Source: a virus (lineage: Duplodnaviria; Caudoviricetes). From it: 64,000 bases of DNA. The stretch lies in the IMG/VR virus record IMGVR_UViG_3300042914_002678; one strand, 5' to 3'. Positions 55,288 through 64,000 of this stretch are shown one piece after another. The stretch's first letter is position 1. Each line of letters starts with the position of its first letter. The translations under genes and the position numbers were made by a program. A model generated the notes under the pieces. That model saw only the letters and a program-made list of their open reading frames with translations. It was not told the DNA's origin and did not search any database.

Positions 55288-55935
55288 ATGAAAAATATAA
55301 TTTATTTCCATATAGCAACAATTGGAGAATATCAAGAAATATTTGATGAGATCTATACTCAATTTGTAGAGTCAAATCTTATAGATAATGTGGAAACTAT
55401 TAATTTATGTATAGTTGGTCAAGGAGATTTGAACGTTCAACTAAATGATAAGATTAGAATTTATCAGGATTCGGATATAAATTCTGGTGAATTTTTTACA
55501 TTAGACAAAATAAAATTTTTTTCTGATTATTCTGAAGAAAATTATAAGATACTTTATATTCATACAAAGGGTGTTACGACCCCAGATAATCAATGTATTA
55601 TTGATTGGAGAAAGTATATGACTTACTTTAACGTCTGTCAATATCAAAAGTGTTTTGATTTATTAGATGAATATGATTCCTGCGGAGTAGATTTAGTAAA
55701 TGATCCAGCACTACATTATTCTGGAAATTTTTGGTGGGCAAATTCTTCTTATATTAAAAAACTTCCCACCATTAATGAAATTAAATTTCCCAAAACTCCT
55801 CCTATACTTTCTATACGTCACAACTGCGAATTTTGGATTGGAATGGGAAATGGGAAATTAAAAAGCCTTTGGAATTCCAATATAAATGTATATGAAAGAC
55901 ATTTACACAATTATTCTAAAGATAATTATATTTAA
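55288..55935 (+). CDS. Glycan-island protein, putative glycosyltransferase
   Basis: EFFTL...LYIHTKG...W...HYSGNFWWA..SY. Confidence 0.6.
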   Translation: MKNIIYFHIATIGEYQEIFDEIYTQFVESNLIDNVETINLCIVGQGDLNVQLNDKIRIYQDSDINSGEFFTLDKIKFFSDYSEENYKILYIHTKGVTTPDNQCIIDWRKYMTYFNVCQYQKCFDLLDEYDSCGVDLVNDPALHYSGNFWWANSSYIKKLPTINEIKFPKTPPILSIRHNCEFWIGMGNGKLKSLWNSNINVYERHLHNYSKDNYI

Positions 55936-55937
55936 CC

Positions 55938-56720
55938 ATGAAATCAAAAACACCTTTGCTAATCTATACACATTCTGATTGTGATTTTATTTGGCCAGCA
56001 TTAATAGGTCAAGTTCAAAAATATGTAGTGGATGTGGAAGTTCATTTTGGATACAATGATACTTTGGTTGATATAACAAATTACAATATTCCAAGTGACT
56101 GGATTCTTCATACTTATGATGATAATTTGATTTGGACAGAAAAAGTTAATCAACTTTTAAAACAATTTGAAAGTAAGTATGTTCTTTTTATTCATGAAGA
56201 TTGGTTGCCAACTAATTACGTATATGGTAATATCATTGACGATATGACTGAATTTATGGATGAAGTTAACTGTGGATTTCTCTTAAGTTATATCAATTCT
56301 GATCATACCAGAGTGACTAGGAGACTCTATGACACAACTAACCCAAAAGAATTTGGAATAGAAAGTAAATACGAAGGATTTTACTTTTATAGAGAAGATA
56401 GTCATATATTTCAACCTGCTATATGGAATAAAAAAGTTTTTGAAGAATTTACTGAGAAACTGAAAAAAAGAAAAAATCAAAATGAAGACGTTGATTGCTT
56501 AGAATTTATGAGACGTAAAAATGCATATAGTATTCAAGGTGAAAAAGATATTGTAAATAAAAGAACAACAACCTCATTATTTTTTCCTCATATGCACGCT
56601 CTTTCCGAAGGTCTTTGGAATTTTGGAAAGTATCCTACATTAAAAGAATTGTTGGATAGTTATGGAATTGATACTAATAGTAGAGGTATACATACATGGT
56701 GGGAACTTAATTGGCAATAA
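55938..56720 (+). CDS. Putative glycosyltransferase
   Basis: YVLFIHEDW DxD-like motif; QPAIWNK. Confidence 0.55.
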   Translation: MKSKTPLLIYTHSDCDFIWPALIGQVQKYVVDVEVHFGYNDTLVDITNYNIPSDWILHTYDDNLIWTEKVNQLLKQFESKYVLFIHEDWLPTNYVYGNIIDDMTEFMDEVNCGFLLSYINSDHTRVTRRLYDTTNPKEFGIESKYEGFYFYREDSHIFQPAIWNKKVFEEFTEKLKKRKNQNEDVDCLEFMRRKNAYSIQGEKDIVNKRTTTSLFFPHMHALSEGLWNFGKYPTLKELLDSYGIDTNSRGIHTWWELNWQ

Positions 56721-56722
56721 TT

Positions 56723-57061
56723 ATGAATCTATGTCAAATTACAACTGAATATTTTAAAATTTTTTCTAATAAAGATATTAATAAACTTTCTCAATTATTT
56801 GATAATAATATAGTTTTAAAAGACTGGGATATTGAAAAGTTTGGAAAAGAAGAAGTCATTAAAGCAAATCAAAATATTTTTGATTCTGTAGATAAGATTA
56901 CCGTAACTCCAATTAAAATTTGTTCAGATGGAAATACAACAGCATCTGAAATTAATATAGAAGTAATTGTTAATGGTAAAATAGAACATCTTAATGTTGT
57001 AGACTTTATTGAATTTTCTGAAGAAAATAAAATTTTATCAATTACTGCATATAAGAGATGA
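56723..57061 (+). CDS. SnoaL/NTF2-like protein
   Basis: YF..FSNKDI..L..LFD..I.LKDW...GKEEV...VVD.IEF....KI..I.AYK. Confidence 0.7.
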   Translation: MNLCQITTEYFKIFSNKDINKLSQLFDNNIVLKDWDIEKFGKEEVIKANQNIFDSVDKITVTPIKICSDGNTTASEINIEVIVNGKIEHLNVVDFIEFSEENKILSITAYKR

Positions 57062-57849
57062 ATAGGTGTTGCTTTATTATCTTTGCACATTCTTTAGTGC
57101 AAACTGTAGATGATTTAAATGATATGATTGAAAATATTAATTATTTTCATGATAATTGTGATTTTATTGTTAATCATCCAACTATTGATCATCTAAAGGT
57201 AAGAACTCGTCATATGCCTGGAGTTCTTAATCATTCTAGTTTTATTTTTGGTGCTTATGAACAAATTTTGAGATCATTGACAAATGAAGAAATTAATTCG
57301 TTTGATCATTTTTGTTTAGTATCTGCCAATCAATATTTTATTAATAAAATAGAATTTGAAAAGGGAGTTAATTATGTTACTTTCTATAATGTGGAAAATA
57401 ATTGGCATGAATTTTATAATGGATATAAATTTAGTAAAGATGTTATTGGATTCCCATTAAATCAATATCATGGAAGATGGGATAGAAATGATTTGTATAA
57501 ATTATATAATATTCAAATAACTCCTATGGCTTCTAATTGGGAGTGTCTTGCTTTGACAAATGAAGCAATGATACTTGCTAAAGAACATATTGATACATGT
57601 GTTAATTTATATCCAAATGAAGATATGATAAGTGTTTTTCCTGGATATATGGCTCTTCTTTCTGGTCAACCATGGGAATTTCCAAAACACTTTGGATCTT
57701 ATGATCCTTCAAATTATGAAAGAACTCATTTTCTTACTGAATCCCAAATTGATAAAAAATATAAAGATGGATATTATAGTGTAAAAAGAACTAACTATAG
57801 TAAAGATTGTCCGCTCAAAAATTATATTAGAAGAGAATACATGAAATGA
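57058..57849 (+). CDS. Glycan-island hypothetical protein
   Basis: ATGA-coupled ORF. Confidence 0.6.
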   Translation: MNRCCFIIFAHSLVQTVDDLNDMIENINYFHDNCDFIVNHPTIDHLKVRTRHMPGVLNHSSFIFGAYEQILRSLTNEEINSFDHFCLVSANQYFINKIEFEKGVNYVTFYNVENNWHEFYNGYKFSKDVIGFPLNQYHGRWDRNDLYKLYNIQITPMASNWECLALTNEAMILAKEHIDTCVNLYPNEDMISVFPGYMALLSGQPWEFPKHFGSYDPSNYERTHFLTESQIDKKYKDGYYSVKRTNYSKDCPLKNYIRREYMK

Positions 57850-58805
57850 TTACTATCAATTATTTGTCTCATAATAGACCAATAGAATTTTGGAAAATAA
57901 CTGAATATTTTTTAAACAAAATTAAACCAGAAAATAAATATAAAATTAGAGTAAACATCCTTGCATCGGAGACTCCAGAATGGCAAGCATTAGATGATAT
58001 TGAAACTAATTTAATTTCATTTCCTCACGGAGGAATGAATTATATGGAAAAAATTAATTATGCAATATCTGAAGATACAAAATATTCTGTGAAACTTGAT
58101 GAAGATTGTTTTATCAATAATCATGTTTGGGATTATATTATTGAAAATATTGATATTCTTGACTCCGATGAAAACTTTGCTTTAGCACCTTTATTATCAA
58201 ATAATATTCCTTTAGTTGATCAATTTATTGATTCATTCATTGGTGATGAAGATGTTAAAGAAAAAATTTTTAAAGATTTTTTGGCAAGAAATATGCCTAA
58301 CGGTCTTTGGGGTGCAGATTATTCTTCTTTAAATGAGCATACAATTAATACTAACCTTTGGGATTCTGTGGCATTTTATAATGGCGTAGAAAAAATAAAT
58401 CACCACTACAAAGGAATTCATCCTATTAGAATTTGTGCAGATGCTCAGGTTATTTTAAATGATTATATAATGGATAATTTTGATAAAATGTTGAGCATAC
58501 AAGATTATTCTATCAAAGAATTTACTTGCCCATACTATACAAATAGTGTATTTTTTATTAAGACTAGTGATTGGAAAAAGGTTTTAGAAATGCCTGCATA
58601 TGATGCATTTGACGAAGTTCAATTTAATATGTTTAAAGAACAATTTAATAAAAAAACATTTTATGTAGATAATGGTTTCTCATTGCATTTAACTTATAAT
58701 ACAATACATAATATTAATCATAATGTGTGGGGAATTGGTATGCAGGATGGTAAAGATTATGAAATAAAACTCGTTGAAAAAATCTGTCAAAAGTTAGGAT
58801 TATGA
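57846..58805 (+). CDS. Putative glycosyltransferase
   Basis: VKLDED (DxD-like) motif. Confidence 0.6.
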   Translation: MITINYLSHNRPIEFWKITEYFLNKIKPENKYKIRVNILASETPEWQALDDIETNLISFPHGGMNYMEKINYAISEDTKYSVKLDEDCFINNHVWDYIIENIDILDSDENFALAPLLSNNIPLVDQFIDSFIGDEDVKEKIFKDFLARNMPNGLWGADYSSLNEHTINTNLWDSVAFYNGVEKINHHYKGIHPIRICADAQVILNDYIMDNFDKMLSIQDYSIKEFTCPYYTNSVFFIKTSDWKKVLEMPAYDAFDEVQFNMFKEQFNKKTFYVDNGFSLHLTYNTIHNINHNVWGIGMQDGKDYEIKLVEKICQKLGL

Positions 58806-59620
58806 AAAAAAGATACAATATTGTAGGTGCATGTTGGAATCATTATGAAAATGGAGTTAAAAATTCATCTATCTTAAATAATGCGACAAAATATGTAGAA
58901 TGGGTTACTGACGGATCTGCTGAAGAAACATTTTATGTTGATCAAGCATTGTCTTTTGGAATTAATGATAAAAAAAGTTTAAAAAAATATGGATGGATAT
59001 ATGAACCAACTGAAATTTATCCAAATATTTTTCAAGATGTTAAAAACAATTATCTAAAATATGTAGAAAATTATGATGCAATTTTTACTTTTAATAAAGA
59101 ATTGTTAGAACTTCATGAAAAATTTAAATCTGTTTATCAATTTGGAACTTGGATAATTCAACCAAAAATATATCAAAAAACTAAATTAGTTTCTATGATT
59201 TCTTCCAATAAGATTATGTGTCAGGGGCATTTATATAGACTAAAATGGGTTGAAAAATTAAAGGATAAAGTTGATTTATATGGAATTGGATTTAATCAAA
59301 TTTCATATAAGGAAGATGGATTAAAAGATTACATGTTTTCTGTTGCTATTGAAAACTGTAGTTATGAAACTTATTTTTCAGAAAAAATACAAGATTGTTT
59401 TGCAACAGGAACAATACCAATTTATCATGGTGCTCCAGATATTGGAAAAATATTTAATTCGGATGGTATTATTACTTTGACTGATGATTTTGATATATCA
59501 ATCTTGACACCAGAGTTATATTATGATAAATTAGATGCAGTTAAAGAAAATTTTGAAATTATTAAAAATAGTAATATTATAGATGATTATCTATATCTTA
59601 CATATTTACATAAATATTAA
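58802..59620 (+). CDS. GT10-like (fucosyltransferase-type) glycosyltransferase
   Basis: YMFSVAIEN...YFSEKI.DCFATGTIPIY.G. Confidence 0.8.
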   Translation: MKKRYNIVGACWNHYENGVKNSSILNNATKYVEWVTDGSAEETFYVDQALSFGINDKKSLKKYGWIYEPTEIYPNIFQDVKNNYLKYVENYDAIFTFNKELLELHEKFKSVYQFGTWIIQPKIYQKTKLVSMISSNKIMCQGHLYRLKWVEKLKDKVDLYGIGFNQISYKEDGLKDYMFSVAIENCSYETYFSEKIQDCFATGTIPIYHGAPDIGKIFNSDGIITLTDDFDISILTPELYYDKLDAVKENFEIIKNSNIIDDYLYLTYLHKY

Positions 59621-59651
59621 AACAAAAAAGTAACTTATTTAGATTAAAAAA

Positions 59652-60233
59652 ATGAAGCATTTTTATGAAGGTCCTCAGTTTGGTGAAAACTGGTTTAATT
59701 ATGGTGAATTATATTCACAAATAGTTGAATATTTTCCATCTGGTAGTAAATTTGTTGAAGTCGGATCTTGGAAAGGAAGATCTTCAGCATATATGGCAGT
59801 CGAAATTGTTAATTCTGAAAAAAATATTGATTTTTATTGTGTAGATACATGGGAAGGTGGGGAAGATCATAAAAACAGTAAAATTTTTTCTAAAGAACTC
59901 GAAACTTTATATGAAGTATTTTTGCAAAATATTTCTCCAGTAAAGGATTATATTAAACCTATTAAATCTACATCAGTTGAAGCTTCAAAACAATTTGAAG
60001 ATAATTCTTTAGATTTTGTTTTTATTGATGCATCACATGAATATGAAGATGTTAAAAATGATATTAAAGTATGGCTTCCAAAAGTAAAACCTGGAGGAGT
60101 TTTTGCTGGTCATGATTATTTTTATGAGGGTGAAGATTATTTTCCTGGAGTTAAACGAGCAGTAAATGAAGCACTGACAGATTTTCAAACATGCTTTAAA
60201 AATTGTTTTGTCTATTCAAAACCAGAAATTTAA
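59652..60233 (+). CDS. Class I SAM-dependent methyltransferase
   Basis: VEVGSWKGRS, DTW.G, VFIDASHEY, KPGG..AGHDY. Confidence 0.85.
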   Translation: MKHFYEGPQFGENWFNYGELYSQIVEYFPSGSKFVEVGSWKGRSSAYMAVEIVNSEKNIDFYCVDTWEGGEDHKNSKIFSKELETLYEVFLQNISPVKDYIKPIKSTSVEASKQFEDNSLDFVFIDASHEYEDVKNDIKVWLPKVKPGGVFAGHDYFYEGEDYFPGVKRAVNEALTDFQTCFKNCFVYSKPEI

Positions 60234-60248
60234 TAGGATTGAAAAATT

Positions 60249-61091
60249 ATGATTGGTATGAACATATTGGGTCAAAATGGAAGACTTGGAAATCAAATGT
60301 TCCAATATTCTGCTTTGGTTGGAATATCAAAAAATATGGGATATGATTACTGTATTCCAAATCATTCAAATGCTATTAATTTTGGATCTGCTCTTTCTAC
60401 TCATCATCAATTACATCATTGTTTTGAAATGATTCATCATAACAATAGATTTGGGTATATTGATGGTGATGAAGTTGAATTGCATCAATATGAATTTTGT
60501 GAAGAACTTTTTAATGAATGTCCAGATAATGTAACACTTAAAGGATATTTTGAAACTGAAAAATATTTTCAAAATGCAGAAAAAGAAATTAGAAAAGATT
60601 TTACTTTTAAAACAACAATTATAGATGAAGTTAACGATATTTTTTCAGAGCATTTAAAAAAAGATCCTGTTTCTATCGTTGTTCGTAGATTTTCTGATAG
60701 TTATGACTATTATGGTGTAGAAAATAATCATTATAATTTACCTTTAGCATATTATGAAAAATCTATTAGTATGCTGGGAAAAGATAGAACTTATATAATT
60801 TGTTCTAATGATGTAGAATGGTGTAAAGAACAAACCATTTTTAAGAGAGATAATTTTATTATAAATGATTTTGATTCTAAAAATATTATGAAAGGGCATT
60901 TTGATCTTTGTTTAATATCAAGTTGTAAAGATCATATAATTGCGAATTCTTCTTTTAGTTGGTGGGGTGCTTGGTTAAGTAAAAATAAAAATAAAACTGT
61001 ATTTGCTCCTGAAGTTTGGTTTGGTAAAAATCAATCTTCTCTGAATACCAAAGATCTTATCCCTAATAATTGGAATAAAATAACTTTTTAA
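60249..61091 (+). CDS. Alpha-1,2-fucosyltransferase (GT11)
   Basis: GRLGNQMFQY, GYFETEKYF, IIANSSFSWWGAWL; VVRR replaces the usual HVRR. Confidence 0.88.
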   Translation: MIGMNILGQNGRLGNQMFQYSALVGISKNMGYDYCIPNHSNAINFGSALSTHHQLHHCFEMIHHNNRFGYIDGDEVELHQYEFCEELFNECPDNVTLKGYFETEKYFQNAEKEIRKDFTFKTTIIDEVNDIFSEHLKKDPVSIVVRRFSDSYDYYGVENNHYNLPLAYYEKSISMLGKDRTYIICSNDVEWCKEQTIFKRDNFIINDFDSKNIMKGHFDLCLISSCKDHIIANSSFSWWGAWLSKNKNKTVFAPEVWFGKNQSSLNTKDLIPNNWNKITF

Positions 61092-61103
61092 TTTATTAAT
61101 AAA

Positions 61104-61931
61104 ATGAAAAATTTAACTTTTTTGATGCCATGTAGAATAGAGTCTAATGATAGATTAAGGAATATAATCACATCAGTTTCTTATCTTTTATATAATTTTC
61201 CCGAGTCAAAAATAATAGTTTATGAATCTGATAAAAAATCTATATTTTCCGATAAAGTATTGCCATATTTAAAAAAACATTTTTATAATAATATTGACAA
61301 TCTTTCCCATATATTTAATTATGATGAAAATTTATTTTTTCATAAAACAAAAGTTTTAAATGAATTATTAATTAATTCAAAAACTGATATAGTATATAAT
61401 TATGATGTTGATATTGTATTTCCATTATCAAGTTATCATAAATCTTATGATATGATAGTAAATCAAAATTATGATGCTGTTTATACATATGGAGTTGGTG
61501 CATATCAGTTACACGTAAATTATACCGATGATTTGCGTGATAAATTTATAGAATCAAAATTTAATTTAGAAGTTTTAAATCAAAATTCTCATTTGGGAAT
61601 GTCCGTAATGGGATGGGGTCAAATGATTAAAAAACAATCTGAAATAGATTCTTATATGTGGAATGAAAATTTTATATCTTGGGGTCCCGAAGATTGTGAA
61701 TTTTTATATAGAATTCAAGTTATGGGACTTAATGTTGGTAGAATAAATGATTATGGTTATCACTTTGAACATTCTAGAACATTTAATTCGCATTATACTA
61801 ATCCTAAATGGCAAAATAATTATAACTTATGGAATACTATAAGAACATGGGATAAAGAAAGATTGACTAATTATTATGAGCAACAAACCTATGTAAAAAA
61901 GAGAAGGGGTCAATCAAATGCTGGCATTTAA
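61104..61931 (+). CDS. Glycosyltransferase (GT2/GT7 galactosyltransferase-like)
   Basis: DRLRN, KTKVLN, YDVD, NENF.SWG.ED.E, YHFEH.R. Confidence 0.8.
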   Translation: MKNLTFLMPCRIESNDRLRNIITSVSYLLYNFPESKIIVYESDKKSIFSDKVLPYLKKHFYNNIDNLSHIFNYDENLFFHKTKVLNELLINSKTDIVYNYDVDIVFPLSSYHKSYDMIVNQNYDAVYTYGVGAYQLHVNYTDDLRDKFIESKFNLEVLNQNSHLGMSVMGWGQMIKKQSEIDSYMWNENFISWGPEDCEFLYRIQVMGLNVGRINDYGYHFEHSRTFNSHYTNPKWQNNYNLWNTIRTWDKERLTNYYEQQTYVKKRRGQSNAGI

Positions 61932-62724
61932 TCATCTTGGAAAATTGGGACGTTTGGGAAATCAAATGTTTCAATATGCCTCATTGAGAGGTATTGCTCG
62001 AAATCGTGGATATGATTTTTGTATTCCAAATCATAATCAAGTAGTTAAAGATCCATATGGGTTTGATATGAAGATTGAACTCTTTTATCCATTTAAGATG
62101 GTTAATGTTCGTCCTCATAATATTAAACTTCTTGATCGTGGATATGCACCTGTAGCGGAAGAAAAATATTTTCATTTTGATGAAATACTTTTTAATATGT
62201 GTCCAGATGAGATTTCTCTTGCTGGATTTTTTCAGTCGGAAAAATATTTTAAGAATATTGAAAATGAAATCAGAGAAGACTTTACTTTTAAGAATGAGAT
62301 TTTAGATCCTTGTAAAGAAATGATAAAATCTGTAGGAGATGCAATTAGTTTGCACGTTAGACGAACTGATTATCTCCAAAATCCAAATCATACTCCTTTG
62401 GATTTGTATTATTATACCGAAGCACTTAATCGGATGGATTCTAATTTACCAGTAATTATCTTTACTGATGATGTTGAATGGTGTAAAAAACAAAAAATGT
62501 TTTCAGGAGAGCGTTTTATGATTTCCGAATCCAATGATCATTATGTTGATATGTGTTTGATGAGTTTATGTAAGCATCATATTATTGCTAATAGTTCTTT
62601 TAGTTGGTGGGGAGCATGGTTAGCAGAAAGCAAAAAAGTTGTATCTCCTTCTAAGTGGTTTGGACCTGATAATTCTGATAAAAATTTAAAGGATTTAATT
62701 CCAGAAACGTGGGAAGTTATTTGA
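61918..62724 (+). CDS. Alpha-1,2-fucosyltransferase (GT11)
   Basis: GRLGNQMFQY, GFFQSEKYF, HVRRTDY, IIANSSFSWWGAWL. Confidence 0.92.
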   Translation: MLAFNHLGKLGRLGNQMFQYASLRGIARNRGYDFCIPNHNQVVKDPYGFDMKIELFYPFKMVNVRPHNIKLLDRGYAPVAEEKYFHFDEILFNMCPDEISLAGFFQSEKYFKNIENEIREDFTFKNEILDPCKEMIKSVGDAISLHVRRTDYLQNPNHTPLDLYYYTEALNRMDSNLPVIIFTDDVEWCKKQKMFSGERFMISESNDHYVDMCLMSLCKHHIIANSSFSWWGAWLAESKKVVSPSKWFGPDNSDKNLKDLIPETWEVI

Positions 62725-62725
62725 C

Positions 62726-63517
62726 ATGGACAAAAACAAATCATTATACAAACTTAAGAATATACCACCAATTTATTATTTGAATTTAGATGGTCAACCA
62801 GAAAGAGCACAATATATGGAAGACCAGTTTAAATACTGGGGGATTGAAAACTATACTCGCATTTCTGCATATGACGGTCGTTCAGACGATTTGAGTGATA
62901 TTATTAAAGGAAAATATCCAGATATGATGAATTCTGGTGAAGTTGGTTGTGTAACGACTCATTTAAAAACTCTCAAACATTTTGTTGAAGAAACTGATTA
63001 TCCTTACATTATAGTAATGGAAGATGATTGTGATTTATCTACTGTGTCTCATTGGGGATTTACTTGGAAAGACTTTTATTCAAAAGTTCCATATGACTAT
63101 GATGTAGTTCAACTTGCTATTATTAACCCTGCACAGGTTCATTTACAGATTCATCGTCGTTTTGTAAATGATTTTTCAACTGCATGTTATATGATCACTA
63201 GGCACCATGCACAAAAACTTGTCAATCTTCACTGTCGTGATGATAAGTATAAATTGGATAATGGTGTTAAACCAAGAGCTGTTGCTGACGATTTAATTTA
63301 TAACTCTGGTAATACTTTTTCTATTCCTTTATTTTTGTATAAAATCGAATTGGGATCTTCAATTCACGATATTCATATTGATGTGTTTCATCGCAGCAGT
63401 TATGAGGGATTGTGGCAATTTTGGAGAAATCAATCTGCAGACATTGAAAATTGGAATTCTTTATTTGAGTATGATCCATACTTTGGAAGACTTCCGCCTG
63501 GATGGGAAGGAAAATAA
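62726..63517 (+). CDS. GT25-like (LPS biosynthesis) glycosyltransferase
   Basis: YYLNLD...R...RISAYDG...GEVGC..THL...IVMEDD. Confidence 0.85.
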   Translation: MDKNKSLYKLKNIPPIYYLNLDGQPERAQYMEDQFKYWGIENYTRISAYDGRSDDLSDIIKGKYPDMMNSGEVGCVTTHLKTLKHFVEETDYPYIIVMEDDCDLSTVSHWGFTWKDFYSKVPYDYDVVQLAIINPAQVHLQIHRRFVNDFSTACYMITRHHAQKLVNLHCRDDKYKLDNGVKPRAVADDLIYNSGNTFSIPLFLYKIELGSSIHDIHIDVFHRSSYEGLWQFWRNQSADIENWNSLFEYDPYFGRLPPGWEGK

Positions 63518-63551
63518 TAAGCATTTATACTCAAGTTATGATATCCGAACA

Positions 63552-63589
63552 AAGAGGGGCTTGACCCCTCTTTATTTTTGCTATATAAT
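63552..63589 (+). promoter_or_regulatory. Terminator hairpin fused to the sigma70 promoter of hli
   Basis: AAGAGGGG-CTTGA-CCCCTCTT; TTGACC-17 nt-TATAAT. Confidence 0.8.
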
Positions 63590-63616
63590 TCTGTAACAGT
63601 TCTTTACAAAACTACA

Positions 63617-63826
63617 ATGACTGTAACTAAAAATGAATTTGGGCAAATGAATATGTTTGCCAAAGAACCTACAATGTGGATGTCTGAGGAAGATATTGAG
63701 CGTTATGGATTCGAACCCTATGCTGAGAAAGCGGAGAAAGCAAATGGACGCTGGGCTATGGTCGGTATTGTTGCTGGGCTCATTTCTTATCTTAGCACTG
63801 GCAAACTCTTCTTCGGCATCTTCTGA
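63617..63826 (+). CDS. hli: High-light inducible protein
   Basis: AEKANGRWAMVG chlorophyll-binding motif; GQMNMFAKEP N-terminus. Confidence 0.93.
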   Translation: MTVTKNEFGQMNMFAKEPTMWMSEEDIERYGFEPYAEKAEKANGRWAMVGIVAGLISYLSTGKLFFGIF

Positions 63827-63839
63827 CAATTGATTGACA

Positions 63840-63926
63840 ATGACGGAACTTTTATTTACACTAACTTCAGTTGCCTTCTTCGTACTGTTGGCAGCATCTG
63901 TAGAAAAACTTTCAGAAACTTATTGA
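63840..63926 (+). CDS. Tiny membrane peptide (28 aa, not in ORF track)
   Basis: MTELLFTLTSVAFFVLLAASVEKLSETY. Confidence 0.5.
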   Translation: MTELLFTLTSVAFFVLLAASVEKLSETY

Positions 63927-63927
63927 A

Positions 63928-64000
63928 ATGACATTTAACATTACTTTTCATTGGCCTAGTGGATCTAAAATTAGTCCCACTATTGAATGCTCTCCAGACC
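63928..64000 (+). CDS. petF: Probable plant-type ferredoxin, N-terminus (truncated by window edge)
   Basis: MTFNITFHWPSGSKISPTIECSPD resembles the start of 2Fe-2S ferredoxins; located next to hli. Confidence 0.6.
   Translation, partial: MTFNITFHWPSGSKISPTIECSPD

Noticed and set aside
45553-60233. Methyltransferases as DNA methylases of a restriction-modification system
   Set aside because: They lack DPPY/NPPY or PC motifs; they resemble small-molecule/sugar O-methyltransferases in a glycan context.

Overview
A 64 kb segment of a large T4-like (myovirus) cyanophage genome. The host is probably a GC-rich Synechococcus/Cyanobium type, inferred from the hli, ndhP, petF, porin and gnd genes and the U34-biased tRNA set. 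Left part (1-20.7 kb): T4-like replication core (gp62 end, regA, hsp20, gp43, uvsX, gp41, mazG, gp61, nrdA, nrdB), interrupted by homing endonucleases, a glycosyltransferase and two tRNAs, plus late/virion genes. Middle (20.8-34.4 kb): virion, lysis and envelope genes (C39 peptidase, GH24 lysozyme, tail-type lysozyme, nuclease, secreted proteins, Gly-rich and collagen-like fibres). 34.4-41.2 kb: a tRNA cluster in which tRNAs alternate with short structured non-coding segments, most with their own sigma70-type promoter, next to an SLH-domain porin, gnd and an unannotated NdhP. 42-63.5 kb: a very AT-rich sugar-nucleotide/glycosyltransferase island with a wcaG-type RNA, followed by hli and the start of a ferredoxin. 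Top candidate for a new system: a phage Yfr1-like sRNA, a short near-complementary RNA and a phage porin whose leader lacks the Yfr1 target site, which suggests sRNA-driven replacement of the host porin. All assignments are from reading the sequence and recalled family motifs; no searches were run.
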